From the sequence record MF327008: a stretch of 64,000 bases of DNA; one strand, given 5' to 3'. Source of the stretch: Shigella phage Sf24. Within the stretch, counting starts at the first letter, position 1; each line of letters starts with the position of its first letter. The notes below the pieces were generated by a model, which was not told the origin of the DNA, ran no database searches, and saw only the letters and a list, made by a program, of their open reading frames with translations. This document shows positions 19,729-30,359 of the stretch, piece by piece. The position numbers and the translations under genes were made by a program.

Positions 19729-20097
19729 TTAATTACCAATCGTATATTTAGGAACGAGTTTCCATTCATGTTTTTGTTTAAAAGAAATAACTCGGAAGTT
19801 ATTAGTTAAATCTTTCATAAAAGTTCTTTGACCAGGAACGATTTCAATCAGTCCCCAATCTTCTAACAGCCATGCAATCGAATCACGACGAACTTCATCT
19901 TCTTCTGTCATTTCAACTTGACGGCCATCCATACGAAGCATTTCTTTAAAATGAACGATATAGTATAGTCCTTTTTTCTGAAGAATATGACAGGACTGAT
20001 ACAGAACTTTATCTTTATTATTAGCAATTCCCATACGAGTCAAAGTTTCTTTTACTTTCAGAAAATCTTCAGGTTTTTTAAGAGTAATTTCAATCAT
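19729..20097 (-). CDS. regA: translational repressor RegA
   Basis: 122 aa; matches T4 RegA as recalled; last gene of 45-44-62-regA. Confidence 0.92.
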   Translation of the reverse strand: MIEITLKKPEDFLKVKETLTRMGIANNKDKVLYQSCHILQKKGLYYIVHFKEMLRMDGRQVEMTEEDEVRRDSIAWLLEDWGLIEIVPGQRTFMKDLTNNFRVISFKQKHEWKLVPKYTIGN

Positions 20098-20098
20098 T

Positions 20099-20662
20099 TT
20101 ACCATTCCAATGCTAGTTTTTTGAGTTGTTTCTGTTCTTTTACGTTCTTAGTCACTTCTTTCAAAAAATCATCCGTGACTAATCCTTTAAGTTCTTTTAA
20201 TACTAAAGGTAGTTTTCCATTTTTAGTAAGAATTGATTTATAGTTAATTGCATCATTTGTATTAACTTGATACCGCTTAGCAAGTAACTTAATAATCAAT
20301 ACTTCGGTGGAATCTTCGACCAGTTTTGCCCATTTACCATATCTTTTACCCCGAGGAACTGCAGCCATCAGATAATTAAAATGAGCTTCATCACTTAAGC
20401 CTGATCCAATTAAATTCATAGCATATACAGCTGGCATGCACTCTGGAAATTGTGATAATGCATTTTCAACCATGAATTTTGAATAATCTTTTTGAGCAAT
20501 AGAGCATTTAGTTTTATTATTAATAGCTCCAATTATTTCAAAAAATTCATTTTCAGCTTTTTCTTTAAAAGAATCAGCAGCAGATTGGACAGCTGTCCAA
20601 TCTTTTGAATACCAAGCAACTTGATGCTCGTTTAATTGAATATCATCTTCAAATAAGCTCAT
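20099..20662 (-). CDS. 62: clamp loader subunit (gene 62)
   Basis: 187 aa from ATG 20660-20662, 1 nt after gene 44 stop. Confidence 0.9.
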   Translation of the reverse strand: MSLFEDDIQLNEHQVAWYSKDWTAVQSAADSFKEKAENEFFEIIGAINNKTKCSIAQKDYSKFMVENALSQFPECMPAVYAMNLIGSGLSDEAHFNYLMAAVPRGKRYGKWAKLVEDSTEVLIIKLLAKRYQVNTNDAINYKSILTKNGKLPLVLKELKGLVTDDFLKEVTKNVKEQKQLKKLALEW

Positions 20663-20663
20663 A

Positions 20664-21623
20664 TCACTTCCACTGCATTTCACATGCTAATTGAATGAAA
20701 AGATAAGCTAAATGTAATTCAGTGTTAGCTGCAATACCATGATACTGATTATTTTCACCAACAATTTCGTACATACGAATAATACTTTGCGGAGTTACAC
20801 GTGAATAGATTTCTTCGGCAAGTTTACCCACGAACCACGAATAATCAGCTGCATATTTTGGTGCTAAAGCTCTGAGTTGTTTAACATCTTTATTTTTGAG
20901 AGACTCAAGAACATCATCAATAGCACCACGATCGTTAGTAACCAGTGATAAAATACCAGCATCCAAAACACCTTTAGATGAATAACTATCGAGCTCACCA
21001 ATAGTTTTACGAAAATCAGGAAAATTCTTTTTAACCAAAGCTGCTACAACTTTCATATCAGCTATAGCAATTCCTTCATGCTTGCAGATTTCAGTCAATC
21101 GACGAATCATCTGCTTCATCATTTCAATTTTATCTTCATCGGTCGGTTGACCGAATGTAATAACTCGGCAGCGTGACTGGAGAGGTTTAATAATACCATC
21201 AATATTGTTAGCAGTAATAATAATACTACAGTTTGAACTATAAGCTTCCATAAAGGAACGAAGATGTCGCTGAGACTCTGCTAACCCTGAGCGGTCAAAT
21301 TCATCAATAACGATTACTTTTTGACGACCATCAAATGAAGCGGCGCTGGCAAAATTAGTCAAAGGACCACGAACGAAATCAATTTTACAATCTGACCCAT
21401 TCACAAACATCATATCAGCATTTACATCATGACACAATGCTTTCGCTACAGTTGTTTTACCTGTTCCTGGAGAAGGAGAATGAAGAATAATATGTGGAAT
21501 CTTACCTTTACTTGTAATAGATTTAAAGGTTTCTTTATCAAAGGCGGGAAGAATACATTCATCGATAGTAGATGGACGATATTTCTGTTCAAGAATGTGT
21601 TCTTTTTCATTTACGGTAATCAT
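20664..21623 (-). CDS. 44: clamp loader ATPase (gene 44)
   Basis: 319 aa from MITVNEKEH (ATG 21621-23, TGAGGAAA SD); Walker A GTGKTT. Confidence 0.93.
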
Positions 21624-21657
21624 AATTTCCTCATTCAAGTTTTAGTGTAAATTATAA

Positions 21658-21671
21658 AGGGCCGAAGCCCT
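21658..21671 (-). terminator. C(UUCG)G hairpin between 45 and 44
   Basis: RNA GGGC-UUCG-GCCC. Confidence 0.45.
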
Positions 21672-21674
21672 CTA

Positions 21675-22361
21675 TTAAAAATCGTGGGTAGAATCAGCTT
21701 CAAGAGCTACTACATAATTCGCATGTTCACCTTCAAATTTAGCAGCGCCTTGTTTACCTTTTGCCCAAAGCAGAAGTTTATAATTTCCTGGTTGCATTTT
21801 CATATTTGCCATATTGATAATGAAATTAAATGTATTTTCACCATCATAATCACCAAGAGTCAAAGAATATTTAACACGGGTAAGAGCAGAATCTTCTACT
21901 TTATTAAAACCGTTAATTACGATTTTACCTTCTTTTACCGTGATAGCAATTGTATCAATTTGCAGACCACGAGATACACGCAACAGCTGTTGAAGGTCTT
22001 CAGCTTTAATTTCAGTAACAACAGATGCTACCGGGAATGGAATTGGTTTATTAGGAGCAACTACTGTACTCGGATCGGCTGCTGGCCAAAAAATTGTTGA
22101 ACGAGCATCAGCAATTTTAATATTTCCATCTTCTGACTGGGAAATTTCTGCATCATCATTAACTAGAGACAGAATACCGAGAAAACCGTTCAAATCGTAA
22201 ATTGCTACATCAAAATCAATAACGTCAGAAATATTTGCTTCCGCATAAGTTGTACCATTAACTGCGCGAGTCATAATAAATTGACCGGATTTAAGCATAA
22301 TACCGGAGTTAATAGTAGCGAAATTTTTAAGCAGAGCAGTAGTATCTTTAGACAGTTTCAT
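21675..22361 (-). CDS. 45: sliding clamp (gene 45)
   Basis: 228 aa; matches T4 gp45 as recalled. Confidence 0.95.
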   Translation of the reverse strand: MKLSKDTTALLKNFATINSGIMLKSGQFIMTRAVNGTTYAEANISDVIDFDVAIYDLNGFLGILSLVNDDAEISQSEDGNIKIADARSTIFWPAADPSTVVAPNKPIPFPVASVVTEIKAEDLQQLLRVSRGLQIDTIAITVKEGKIVINGFNKVEDSALTRVKYSLTLGDYDGENTFNFIINMANMKMQPGNYKLLLWAKGKQGAAKFEGEHANYVVALEADSTHDF

Positions 22362-22390
22362 GTAATTTCCTTCAATTCAAATGAGATTTA

Positions 22391-22415
22391 ATTTTATAAC
22401 TAATTTAATAAAGCA
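22391..22415 (-). promoter_or_regulatory. candidate MotA-dependent middle promoter for gene 45
   Basis: TGCTTTA, 12 nt, TAAAAT. Confidence 0.45.
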
Positions 22416-22416
22416 A

Positions 22417-22806
22417 TTAACGATTAAAATCAGCCGCAATTGTTTCAGCAACAATTTGAGCAGCAACAATTAGGCGTTCATCTGCATTACCGCAATATTC
22501 ATCTTCTAAACGTTCACCGCATGAAGTCATAATAAATTTAGCACCGGCGTTTAGGGATTCTGCAGTATGTTTGCGCATTAGTTCAATCCATTTATTACTT
22601 ACTTCACGATCGATAGCTTCATAATACGCATGACGAGCAGGTGCAGATTTAATTTTGTTCTGAATAACTTCCATTGCGTTATCAGAAAGAGACAAAACCC
22701 ATGCGCGACGAATTTTATTTTGGTTTTGCGGATTTGAGTCAGAACGCACGTGTTTTGGCTGAATATCTTTTACATCAACAGTATAATTCACAGTAATTTT
22801 AGTCAT
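22417..22806 (-). CDS. rpbA: RNA polymerase binding protein RpbA
   Basis: 129 aa; synteny and recalled sequence. Confidence 0.85.
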   Translation of the reverse strand: MTKITVNYTVDVKDIQPKHVRSDSNPQNQNKIRRAWVLSLSDNAMEVIQNKIKSAPARHAYYEAIDREVSNKWIELMRKHTAESLNAGAKFIMTSCGERLEDEYCGNADERLIVAAQIVAETIAADFNR

Positions 22807-22815
22807 AATACACCT

Positions 22816-23004
22816 TTAGTCATAATAATCAGTAACAGTCCAAGCTTCATTTCTATTGGACATTATTTTTGTATATTCTGCTTTAAATGCATTCCTAAGC
22901 ATAGATTCAGTAACTATATGCTCTTCATTAGAAAAATTATTTCTCAGAATATATCGTTTTATTTCAGGAAAAGTTAATAGATGCTGTCCAGTTGAATATT
23001 CCAT
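22816..23004 (-). CDS. hypothetical protein (62 aa, 45.2 position)
   Basis: Track ORF with GGAGGAAAAAC SD. Confidence 0.6.
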   Translation of the reverse strand: MEYSTGQHLLTFPEIKRYILRNNFSNEEHIVTESMLRNAFKAEYTKIMSNRNEAWTVTDYYD

Positions 23005-23019
23005 GTTTTTCCTCCATAG

Positions 23020-23045
23020 AGATTATACTCTAATAAATTAAAGCA
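23020..23045 (-). promoter_or_regulatory. candidate middle promoter upstream of 45.2/rpbA, inside an 8-bp inverted repeat
   Basis: TGCTTTA, 13 nt, TAATCT; flanked by GAGATTAT...ATAATCTC. Confidence 0.35.
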
Positions 23046-23059
23046 TAATCTCTTATAAA

Positions 23060-24742
23060 TTAAACCATTACAGTAAATCGACCAACTTTCTTCATTTGAA
23101 GATGCTGACCATATTCTTGCGGGTCATGGTCTTTATGCGAAATTATAAAAACATTAGTGTTTTTCATTGAATTTATAATATTAGCTACACCTTTAATACC
23201 TTCGGCATCAAATGACCCATCAAACACTTCATCGAGTATTAACGTACTAATACTAACACCAGATACAATAGAAGCAATATCACGCCAAGTAAATAAAAGA
23301 GCAATATCAATTCGTGCTTTTTCACCTTCACTAAATGAAGCATAACTAAAATCTTCACGACCACGGGATTTAATTGTCTCATTAAATTCTTCATCTAATG
23401 TAAACACATAATCCGCTTCCATTATTTTAAGATAATGGTTAATCTGCTTATTAAATAATGGAACGTACTTTTTAATAATAGCACCTTTAATACCAGAATC
23501 TTTGAGCATATCAGTCAAAATTCCTCGGTGGTATTTTTCCATTACTAAATTAGTTTTTGTCTTAACAATTTTATCAAGTTCTTCTTGAAGCAGTGCTATT
23601 TCATCAGCATGGTCAATAAACTCAGAAGATGCTTTTTCTATAGCTGCTTTAACTTTTTTAGCTTTATCTACCGTCGTGATTAGAGATTGCTTTTTATTGC
23701 GAATATCATTTGCCAACGACTGCTGAGTTTTAATATTATCTCGGTATTCATCAACAAGAACTTTTAAATTATCACGGTGTGTTGAAAGCTGTTCAAACGA
23801 ATGCGTACATTCAGAAACTTTATCTTTAATTTTAGAAACAACTTTATCACCGGAACTTAATTGTGACAAACAGGTTGGACATAATCCACCTTCGTGATAC
23901 ATATTAATGACTTTATTATACGAGTCAATTTTTGATTTAATTAAAACTGCTTCTTGACCGATTTTATTAAATGCATCAGTCGGGTCTTCATCCAAAACAA
24001 TATTAACTAATCTTTCGTTAGCTTCTTCTATTTCCGATTTTAGCGTTCTAGCTTCTTTTGCCAAATCATCATACATATTTTGTAGACGTGTAAGGTTGTC
24101 ACCCGTTAATTTTTTCTGGCGTTCAACGTTATCATTATATATTTTAATTTGTTGGATAATACTATCTTTTTTAACATCAAGCACTTGGTTCTGCGAATTT
24201 AATTCACGTATTAGTGCTTTATTAAGCTTATCCATTTCAGCTAATGTTCCTACCTCAAGCAGGTCTTCCACAAGCTTTCTTCGCGCAGGGGTCGACAAAC
24301 CCATGAAAGGGGTATACCCTGCTGTACCAAGGACAACAATCTGCTTGAAACTGGCATATGACATTCCGATAAGCTGTTCAAATTCTGCTTGGAAATCTTT
24401 ACTGCTGGCAGATTCATTAAGACGTGTACCGTTAACGGTGATTTCGAAAACGTTTGGTTTTTGTCCTCTTTTGATATAGTACTTTTTCTCATCATATTCC
24501 ATCCACAGTTCAACTAAAAGTTCTTTCTTATTTGTGCTGTTTATTAATTGACCTTTCTTTACATCACGAAATGGCTTGCCAAAAAGCCCAAATGTGATGG
24601 CTTCTAACATAGTAGACTTACCACCGCCATTTCGGCCAGTAATAAGAGTTTTTTGAACCTTATCTAATTGAATGTCAATAGGATTTCCACCTACTGACAT
24701 TATATTTTGATACCTAACTCGGTTTAGTTTAAAATTCTTCAC
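23060..24742 (-). CDS. 46: recombination endonuclease subunit (gene 46, Rad50/SbcC-like)
   Basis: 560 aa; Walker A GRNGGGKST; coiled-coil middle. Confidence 0.93.
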   Translation of the reverse strand: MKNFKLNRVRYQNIMSVGGNPIDIQLDKVQKTLITGRNGGGKSTMLEAITFGLFGKPFRDVKKGQLINSTNKKELLVELWMEYDEKKYYIKRGQKPNVFEITVNGTRLNESASSKDFQAEFEQLIGMSYASFKQIVVLGTAGYTPFMGLSTPARRKLVEDLLEVGTLAEMDKLNKALIRELNSQNQVLDVKKDSIIQQIKIYNDNVERQKKLTGDNLTRLQNMYDDLAKEARTLKSEIEEANERLVNIVLDEDPTDAFNKIGQEAVLIKSKIDSYNKVINMYHEGGLCPTCLSQLSSGDKVVSKIKDKVSECTHSFEQLSTHRDNLKVLVDEYRDNIKTQQSLANDIRNKKQSLITTVDKAKKVKAAIEKASSEFIDHADEIALLQEELDKIVKTKTNLVMEKYHRGILTDMLKDSGIKGAIIKKYVPLFNKQINHYLKIMEADYVFTLDEEFNETIKSRGREDFSYASFSEGEKARIDIALLFTWRDIASIVSGVSISTLILDEVFDGSFDAEGIKGVANIINSMKNTNVFIISHKDHDPQEYGQHLQMKKVGRFTVMV

Positions 24743-25002
24743 AAAAGATTCCTTTTAATGTATCTTTTAGACCATTCTATCATATCATCATAATCTAAAA
24801 AGTATTCATCAAATTCAGCCATGCAAACAACACCTTGTACTGTTTTTGATGTAATATAAATTATTCCAACATATCTGGAATCTTCTTCGGTGTAATCAAT
24901 ATTTGCTACGAATTCATCGTTAATGTCAAATGTCGAAAACTTCACAGTATGCATCCTTAATACAAGATACAGCCATATCTCGTAATGATTTAGGTGTGTC
25001 AT
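24739..25002 (-). CDS. hypothetical protein (46.1 position)
   Basis: Track ORF; overlaps next ORF, start uncertain. Confidence 0.45.
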   Translation of the reverse strand: MTHLNHYEIWLYLVLRMHTVKFSTFDINDEFVANIDYTEEDSRYVGIIYITSKTVQGVVCMAEFDEYFLDYDDMIEWSKRYIKRNLL

Positions 25003-25189
25003 TATCTAAAATGTTGAAGTTAAAAGATACAGCCCAGTCAGTGCAGACCGTAACCTTTTTAATACAATCATCTTCAACCTCTAGCGGTTCAAACCAATAT
25101 TCAATAATTTCTTTATTCCCAATATCATCTTTTACTTCGCATTCAAAATGCTGACTCATCATAACATTTTTAAATTCATCAAAAGTCAT
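24926..25189 (-). CDS. hypothetical protein (46.2 position)
   Basis: Track ORF. Confidence 0.5.
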   Translation of the reverse strand: MTFDEFKNVMMSQHFECEVKDDIGNKEIIEYWFEPLEVEDDCIKKVTVCTDWAVSFNFNILDNDTPKSLRDMAVSCIKDAYCEVFDI

Positions 25190-26205
25190 TGTGTTGCCTC
25201 TACATATAACTGATTTGCATATTGAATAAGTGCTTCGCGATCAGAATCAGTGATGTCTGGAATTGCATTAATGTATTCTTCCATCAACGTCTGAAGAGAT
25301 TGAACTTCCACTTCTTCGCTATCATCTGACTCAACAGAGTTATCAATCTTTGACACAACTCGTAATGAATGCACAACTTTTTCTAGTTCAGATTCGAACT
25401 TCGTTAAATTTTTGTCTACTTCAGTTACTATAACACGCACTGATAGATTTGTAAAATCTTTATAGTCAATTTTTCCCTTAAATGGATATTGAATTCGACG
25501 ATGCCAGGTAGTGTTGTTTGGAATAAATTCCATTCGTTCTGTTTCTGTATCAAACATCCAGAACCCGCGAGGGTCATTCTCGTCACCTGCAGTTAGTGTC
25601 CATGGTGTCCCAATATATCTGACGTTAGCAGCCTCAGAGATAGTATGGAAGTGACCAGACCACACTTCTTTATAAGTCTTAAGGAAATCAGGTTCAAGAC
25701 CATGAGATTTCATTCCTTTATAAAAATAAAATCCGTTCAGTTCCCAGTGACCAACGCAAAAAGAAGCAGATGAAGTTTTGATGTGTTCAAGAATTTCACC
25801 AGTATTTTCTTCGCACATCCAAGGAATTAAATCAATCAAACATCCGTCAAAATCTACTGTAGTAGGCTTATCATATACTTTAACATTAGAATATTTAGCC
25901 AAAAGCTCAGTAGAAGCATTTGGAGTTAAAGTATTTTTAAAGTGCATATCATGGTTTCCTACAACAGTATGTAGGGTAATACCAGCATCATCAAGCATTT
26001 GAACTATTTCACGGGCGAACTCCATAGTTTTATGTGTGATTGCTTTTCGCACATCAAAAATATCGCCGTATTGAATCCATGTAGTAATTCCATTTTTCTT
26101 AGAATATTCTATTGCTTGTTTAATTCCATCCAACTGAATGGATTGAACCCACTCATCATCGGCTTTAACACCTAAATGCCAATCACCTAAATTTAAAATT
26201 TTCAT
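25186..26205 (-). CDS. 47: recombination endonuclease subunit (gene 47, Mre11/SbcD-like)
   Basis: 339 aa; phosphoesterase motifs GDWHLG, GDIFD, GNHD. Confidence 0.93.
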   Translation of the reverse strand: MKILNLGDWHLGVKADDEWVQSIQLDGIKQAIEYSKKNGITTWIQYGDIFDVRKAITHKTMEFAREIVQMLDDAGITLHTVVGNHDMHFKNTLTPNASTELLAKYSNVKVYDKPTTVDFDGCLIDLIPWMCEENTGEILEHIKTSSASFCVGHWELNGFYFYKGMKSHGLEPDFLKTYKEVWSGHFHTISEAANVRYIGTPWTLTAGDENDPRGFWMFDTETERMEFIPNNTTWHRRIQYPFKGKIDYKDFTNLSVRVIVTEVDKNLTKFESELEKVVHSLRVVSKIDNSVESDDSEEVEVQSLQTLMEEYINAIPDITDSDREALIQYANQLYVEATQ

Positions 26206-26342
26206 ATATCAAGAACCGTCATTGAAATGCAAAATAAAATTATTGAAATAAATCCATCTGGAGTGCTAAAGAACCCAATCCAACATGCTCTAGTGAATAG
26301 ATAAAATGCGAGAAAAAGTATCACATATCCAAGAAATATCAT
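26202..26342 (-). CDS. hypothetical 46-aa hydrophobic peptide (47.1 position)
   Basis: Hand-translated MIFLGYVILFLAFYLFTRACWIGFF...; stop overlaps gene 47 ATG (ATGA). Confidence 0.35.
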   Translation of the reverse strand: MIFLGYVILFLAFYLFTRACWIGFFSTPDGFISIILFCISMTVLDI

Positions 26343-26365
26343 TATATCAAACTCCGTATAAAGCT

Positions 26366-26383
26366 AAAGGGCCGAAGCCCTTT
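26366..26383 (-). terminator. C(UUCG)G hairpin at the 3' end of alpha-gt
   Basis: RNA AAAGGGC-UUCG-GCCCUUU overlapping the a-gt stop. Confidence 0.45.
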
Positions 26384-27584
26384 ATTTTGTAATAATGTCA
26401 AACTGTTCTTTAAAGCAGAAGCTTGAATCTTGATGCTGATACAAAAATTCATAAGCTTTTTCGCGTTCACGGTCATAAAGAGTTCGGTCAGATGACAGTT
26501 CTTTAATACGCTCAAATGTTGATTCCATGTCATTTTCATCAAACCAAACGATACCGCTATCATGAGAAATTAACGGAGTATTATCAACACGGAATTTTAA
26601 ATTTTCGCCAGTAGATTTCCAAAATACCGGAATTGTTCCACATGCACCAAGCTCGAGATGAGTATATTCTAAAGAACGTTGTAGATATTTTTTGTCCAAC
26701 TTACTCAGCTGATAACCAAATCCGGATTTACTCATGCGTTCAAGCATTTCGCTATTTACATAACGGTCAAGAATTTGCGTTGGCAAATTAGGAGCAATTT
26801 TAATTTGGTCTACTTGATGAAGACGATAATACTCGTATGGAATTCCTTTTTCTTTAATAGGAATGAACGCTGGAGAACGTTCCAGACCTTCCATAATAGT
26901 ACTTAGTCCTGCAGGTTTAAGATGTTTTTCATGAAAATCAAACATCTGATAAAAACCTTTCCATGTAGTCGTACGACCAATCCAACGGTTGATATTCATG
27001 TTAATTTCAGAAACATCTTTCCAGTAGGTTGACCGAACCTTCGCAATATCCATAGGAGGCTGAAAGTTATATACTGTCGGTGCTTCTTCAATATCATCAA
27101 ACAGAGAAACTGTTTCAGGATACCATTCTTTCATCAGAACTTTATTAAAATCACCATTATCAGAATGGCTAAAAATAACATCAGCTCGACGAACAGTTTC
27201 TTCTAATCCCAAATTTCGGCGCAAAGAAAGAGAAGAATGGTCATGTTGATAAACTACAACACGAACAGAAGGTTTAATGTTATCAATAATTTTTTTATAG
27301 TTATTAATAGTGTCTTCTTCAACCGAAGTAGCAGGAACTGAATTGATAATTAGAATATCACAATCATTTACCAGCTTAAGTGTTTTATCATATTCTTTTG
27401 CCAATAAAACCGGAATTGAAAATGATTTATAATCATGCGCGCAATTACGAGTAAATGATTTATCTTTAGCATAAACCAAAGTTACTTCATGACCATTCTT
27501 AATAAACCAATCACGTTGCTCAAGAGAAAATTTAGTTACACCACAACCTTCAAGACCTCGAGCCATAAAAATACATACTTTCAT
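26382..27584 (-). CDS. a-gt: DNA alpha-glucosyltransferase
   Basis: 400 aa; matches T4 alpha-gt as recalled. Confidence 0.92.
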   Translation of the reverse strand: MKVCIFMARGLEGCGVTKFSLEQRDWFIKNGHEVTLVYAKDKSFTRNCAHDYKSFSIPVLLAKEYDKTLKLVNDCDILIINSVPATSVEEDTINNYKKIIDNIKPSVRVVVYQHDHSSLSLRRNLGLEETVRRADVIFSHSDNGDFNKVLMKEWYPETVSLFDDIEEAPTVYNFQPPMDIAKVRSTYWKDVSEINMNINRWIGRTTTWKGFYQMFDFHEKHLKPAGLSTIMEGLERSPAFIPIKEKGIPYEYYRLHQVDQIKIAPNLPTQILDRYVNSEMLERMSKSGFGYQLSKLDKKYLQRSLEYTHLELGACGTIPVFWKSTGENLKFRVDNTPLISHDSGIVWFDENDMESTFERIKELSSDRTLYDREREKAYEFLYQHQDSSFCFKEQFDIITK

Positions 27585-27634
27585 TTAATATCCTCTTTGT
27601 TTTGGTTTATTTTACCAAAAATTTATAAAGCAAT

Positions 27635-27654
27635 ATAGGAGCCGAAGCTCCTAT
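27635..27654 (-). terminator. C(UUCG)G hairpin upstream of alpha-gt
   Basis: RNA AUAGGAGC-UUCG-GCUCCUAU. Confidence 0.45.
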
Positions 27655-27824
27655 CCACATAATACGCCATACAGAGGCTCATTAGAACTTTTAAATTTTA
27701 TGCGCTTATATTTTATAGTTCCTTCTGCTTTAGCTTTATCATGAGACGCTTTAAAGAGTCTCATCATTTCCTCTTTAGAGGAACGAATTTTATTATAATC
27801 TATTTCAGAAGTCTGGGTGTTCAT
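27651..27824 (-). CDS. hypothetical small protein (57 aa)
   Basis: Hand-translated MNTQTSEIDYNKIRSSKEEMMRLF...; below track threshold. Confidence 0.3.
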   Translation of the reverse strand: MNTQTSEIDYNKIRSSKEEMMRLFKASHDKAKAEGTIKYKRIKFKSSNEPLYGVLCG

Positions 27825-27827
27825 CTT

Positions 27828-28034
27828 TCATAACTGCCACCATTTTTTGACTTGATAAGAATCAACCCACACTTTCATATTAGGGTCTGCTCTTACAATA
27901 GGAGGATTAACTTCTTTAATTGAACTATCATGGTATTCTTTTTCAGAAATTTTCACACAAAGATGACCATTCAAAGATTCAGTAAATCCTGCATTAATTT
28001 TAAGACGCTTGAATTTTACGTGTGTAAGCATCAA
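27828..28034 (-). CDS. hypothetical small protein (68 aa)
   Basis: Track ORF. Confidence 0.45.
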   Translation of the reverse strand: MMLTHVKFKRLKINAGFTESLNGHLCVKISEKEYHDSSIKEVNPPIVRADPNMKVWVDSYQVKKWWQL

Positions 28035-28317
28035 TCATATCCTCAATTTGCGATCTAGTAGTCTTCCAAAGAATACTGATGAGTTCATCGTTATATGGCT
28101 GTTTTAGAATATCCCGACTTTTCTTGATAGCATATTCGTATTGAGCAAAATTATTATTTTCAGCTGCGATCTGAGCGTGCTTATAAAGACGATTCAGTTC
28201 GCGTTTGTTTTTAGACAATAACTTATTTGCTTTTCTTTCTGCTTCAAGACGGTTCTTTTCTTCAATAGAAGAAATAAGCTTTTCCACTTCATCATTAATT
28301 TCGGGTTTATCAGTCAT
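28000..28317 (-). CDS. hypothetical protein (105 aa)
   Basis: Track ORF. Confidence 0.5.
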   Translation of the reverse strand: MTDKPEINDEVEKLISSIEEKNRLEAERKANKLLSKNKRELNRLYKHAQIAAENNNFAQYEYAIKKSRDILKQPYNDELISILWKTTRSQIEDMIDAYTRKIQAS

Positions 28318-28318
28318 A

Positions 28319-28537
28319 TTATTTCTCTAATATAAAATAAAAATCATCATCTGTTAAATGATACCGATAGTTTAATTCTACACCATTAGATTTAAAAGCG
28401 GTATCATACGGATTTTCTGGATCAATATCAATGTCAAGAGCTAAAACTTCCCTGAGATACATTTTAAGTAAATAGGGAATAGCTTCAACTTCAGGTATTT
28501 CTTCCAAGAATCCGGAGAGGTTAATCGTTAGCCTCAT
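28319..28537 (-). CDS. hypothetical protein (72 aa)
   Basis: Track ORF. Confidence 0.5.
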
Positions 28538-29078
28538 ATAAAAAATCCAAACTAGGAGAATCGTCTACAACACTTTTCTTTTCAGCCCCCGGTGTTCTAT
28601 AGGTTGATTCTTCGTAATGCGTCATTTTATCATAGATGTCTTGAATAAAAGTTTCATCTACTAACGCAACCATATCGTCGTCACGACTGTCATAGACATT
28701 GTGAACGAAGTAACTATATTTCTTTGCAACTTCCTTACGTTCTTTTTTAATACGCTGGACGAATGCATTAAAACAAGCTTGAGTTATATACGCATGTGGG
28801 TTTTTATATTTCGTTTCATCAAAATTATGAAGCCCCTTAATAGAAGCTTCTATACCATCTGCAATCATTTCTTGTTTCCAAGACTGGGTGTATCCTGAAA
28901 AGTTGAAACGTTTAGATAAGCCTTCTGCAATAAGCATAATGGCTAATCCAATAGTATCATTTTGACGAACTACTTTATTTGGGTCTTTATTATTTGCTAA
29001 TTCTGTTTTCCAATCAATAATAGCTTGTAAAAGCTCTTTATTGTTTACGTAATTATATTTAGGCTTAGTTTCTGACAT
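28521..29078 (-). CDS. 55: late sigma factor gp55
   Basis: 185 aa from [10 protein letters not shown] (ATG 29076-78, AAGAGGTGAAA SD); matches T4 gp55 as recalled. Confidence 0.92.
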
Positions 29079-29156
29079 TTTCACCTCTTAGCTCAATTCA
29101 TAGATCTATTATATCATAATATTTGAAGATCTATCTTAAAGCATAGAGGATATCAG

Positions 29157-29426
29157 TTATCTAAGTAAACAGTATGCTTGGAATACTTTTTCCATCATCC
29201 TTTTAAATTCATGAATATCTATATAATGACTAGTTAAATCAGCATGATATAAAAAGTCTAAAAACTTTTCATGTGTACTAACATATTCGCTTTCATTTAA
29301 TTCAGAAACATGGCTTTCCCAATATCCAACACCAGTCTTATTTGGGAAAAATGAAATTTTCATGTATTGGTCAACATAGAAAATGCCATAATTTTCAATA
29401 GTAATAGAAATATTAATAAATTTCAT
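29157..29426 (-). CDS. hypothetical protein (89 aa)
   Basis: Track ORF. Confidence 0.5.
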   Translation of the reverse strand: MKFINISITIENYGIFYVDQYMKISFFPNKTGVGYWESHVSELNESEYVSTHEKFLDFLYHADLTSHYIDIHEFKRMMEKVFQAYCLLR

Positions 29427-29638
29427 ACATTCATCAACTTAGCCGCTTCAAGAGCTGCATCTAGTGAATCAAATTGGTCAACATATTCAATCAATTCGCC
29501 ATAATTGGCATATAACCACCATTGGCTAAATTCATACTCAAGGATGAATCCATTTCCTTCAATTTGAGTTAAACCATTGCCGTTTGTATTTACTTCATAT
29601 CCGGCAAGACGCAAATCGTTAATAAGAGCTTCGTTCAT
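29423..29638 (-). CDS. hypothetical protein (71 aa)
   Basis: Track ORF. Confidence 0.5.
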   Translation of the reverse strand: MNEALINDLRLAGYEVNTNGNGLTQIEGNGFILEYEFSQWWLYANYGELIEYVDQFDSLDAALEAAKLMNV

Positions 29639-29640
29639 AA

Positions 29641-29967
29641 TTATACCTTAGTAATTTTCAGGTCTGCAAATTTTTTCTTGCGTTGATTTTTCATGCGACG
29701 AATAGTTTTATCGGAAATTTCATGCTTTTGATAAGCTTTAGATTCTACACCAAAAGCTTTAACATCAAATTCTGACAAGATATATTGAACCAACAATTCA
29801 CGGACAGTATTGCGTCCAATCTTCTGATTATTCTGTTTCATCGTTTGATGAAGCTCTTTTTCCCATTTATCCAAACTTTGAGGAGTTACAATATCGCCTT
29901 TTTCTAGCAAAGAAACTACTTTATCATATGCGTAAGAATTGATGGCGTTTTTAATTTGAATAGTCAT
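29641..29967 (-). CDS. hypothetical protein (108 aa)
   Basis: Track ORF. Confidence 0.55.
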   Translation of the reverse strand: MTIQIKNAINSYAYDKVVSLLEKGDIVTPQSLDKWEKELHQTMKQNNQKIGRNTVRELLVQYILSEFDVKAFGVESKAYQKHEISDKTIRRMKNQRKKKFADLKITKV

Positions 29968-29999
29968 ACATTATCCTCAATTGCGTTAAAATTTTATTA

Positions 30000-30021
30000 T
30001 CCAAAAAGGGCCGAAGCCCTT
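30000..30021 (-). terminator. C(UUCG)G hairpin plus short U-run
   Basis: RNA AAGGGC-UUCG-GCCCUU then UUUGG. Confidence 0.5.
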
Positions 30022-30220
30022 AGCTAAACTTTTTGGCACCCTTCCAGCCTTCATACATCATTGCGGCTGATATTAATATTGCTCCTGAGCATTTTGAATA
30101 TTTGGTATTCCAAAACCAGTTTAGAAAAACTTCGTCATCAATACCTTGGGCTATCATGTTTTCAAAGAACTGACGACGAGCTTCAGCAATTCGTTGTGAT
30201 AATTTAGATTCAGGATTCAT
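30020..30220 (-). CDS. hypothetical protein (66 aa)
   Basis: Track ORF followed by hairpin terminator. Confidence 0.5.
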   Translation of the reverse strand: MNPESKLSQRIAEARRQFFENMIAQGIDDEVFLNWFWNTKYSKCSGAILISAAMMYEGWKGAKKFS

Positions 30221-30352
30221 TTAAATTTTCCAGTTACCGTTTTCATCAATAAATTCAATCCAGTCATTTACTGACCACTTAGTTGTATCGCCTTTGGGGG
30301 CAGAATTTAAAGTGTATAACCCCTGCTTAAAAAGCATTCGTTTGATATTCAT
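30221..30352 (-). CDS. hypothetical small protein (43 aa)
   Basis: Track ORF 30221-30445 trimmed to ATG 30350-52 with GAGGAAAAT SD. Confidence 0.35.
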   Translation of the reverse strand: MNIKRMLFKQGLYTLNSAPKGDTTKWSVNDWIEFIDENGNWKI

Positions 30353-30359
30353 ATTTTCC

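Noticed and set aside
29085-29170. GTAAAC hexamer upstream of gene 55 as an early promoter
   Set aside because: No TAnnnT at the correct spacing; a TATAAT lies closer to the ATG but without a matching -35 or a properly spaced MotA box, so no promoter call was made.
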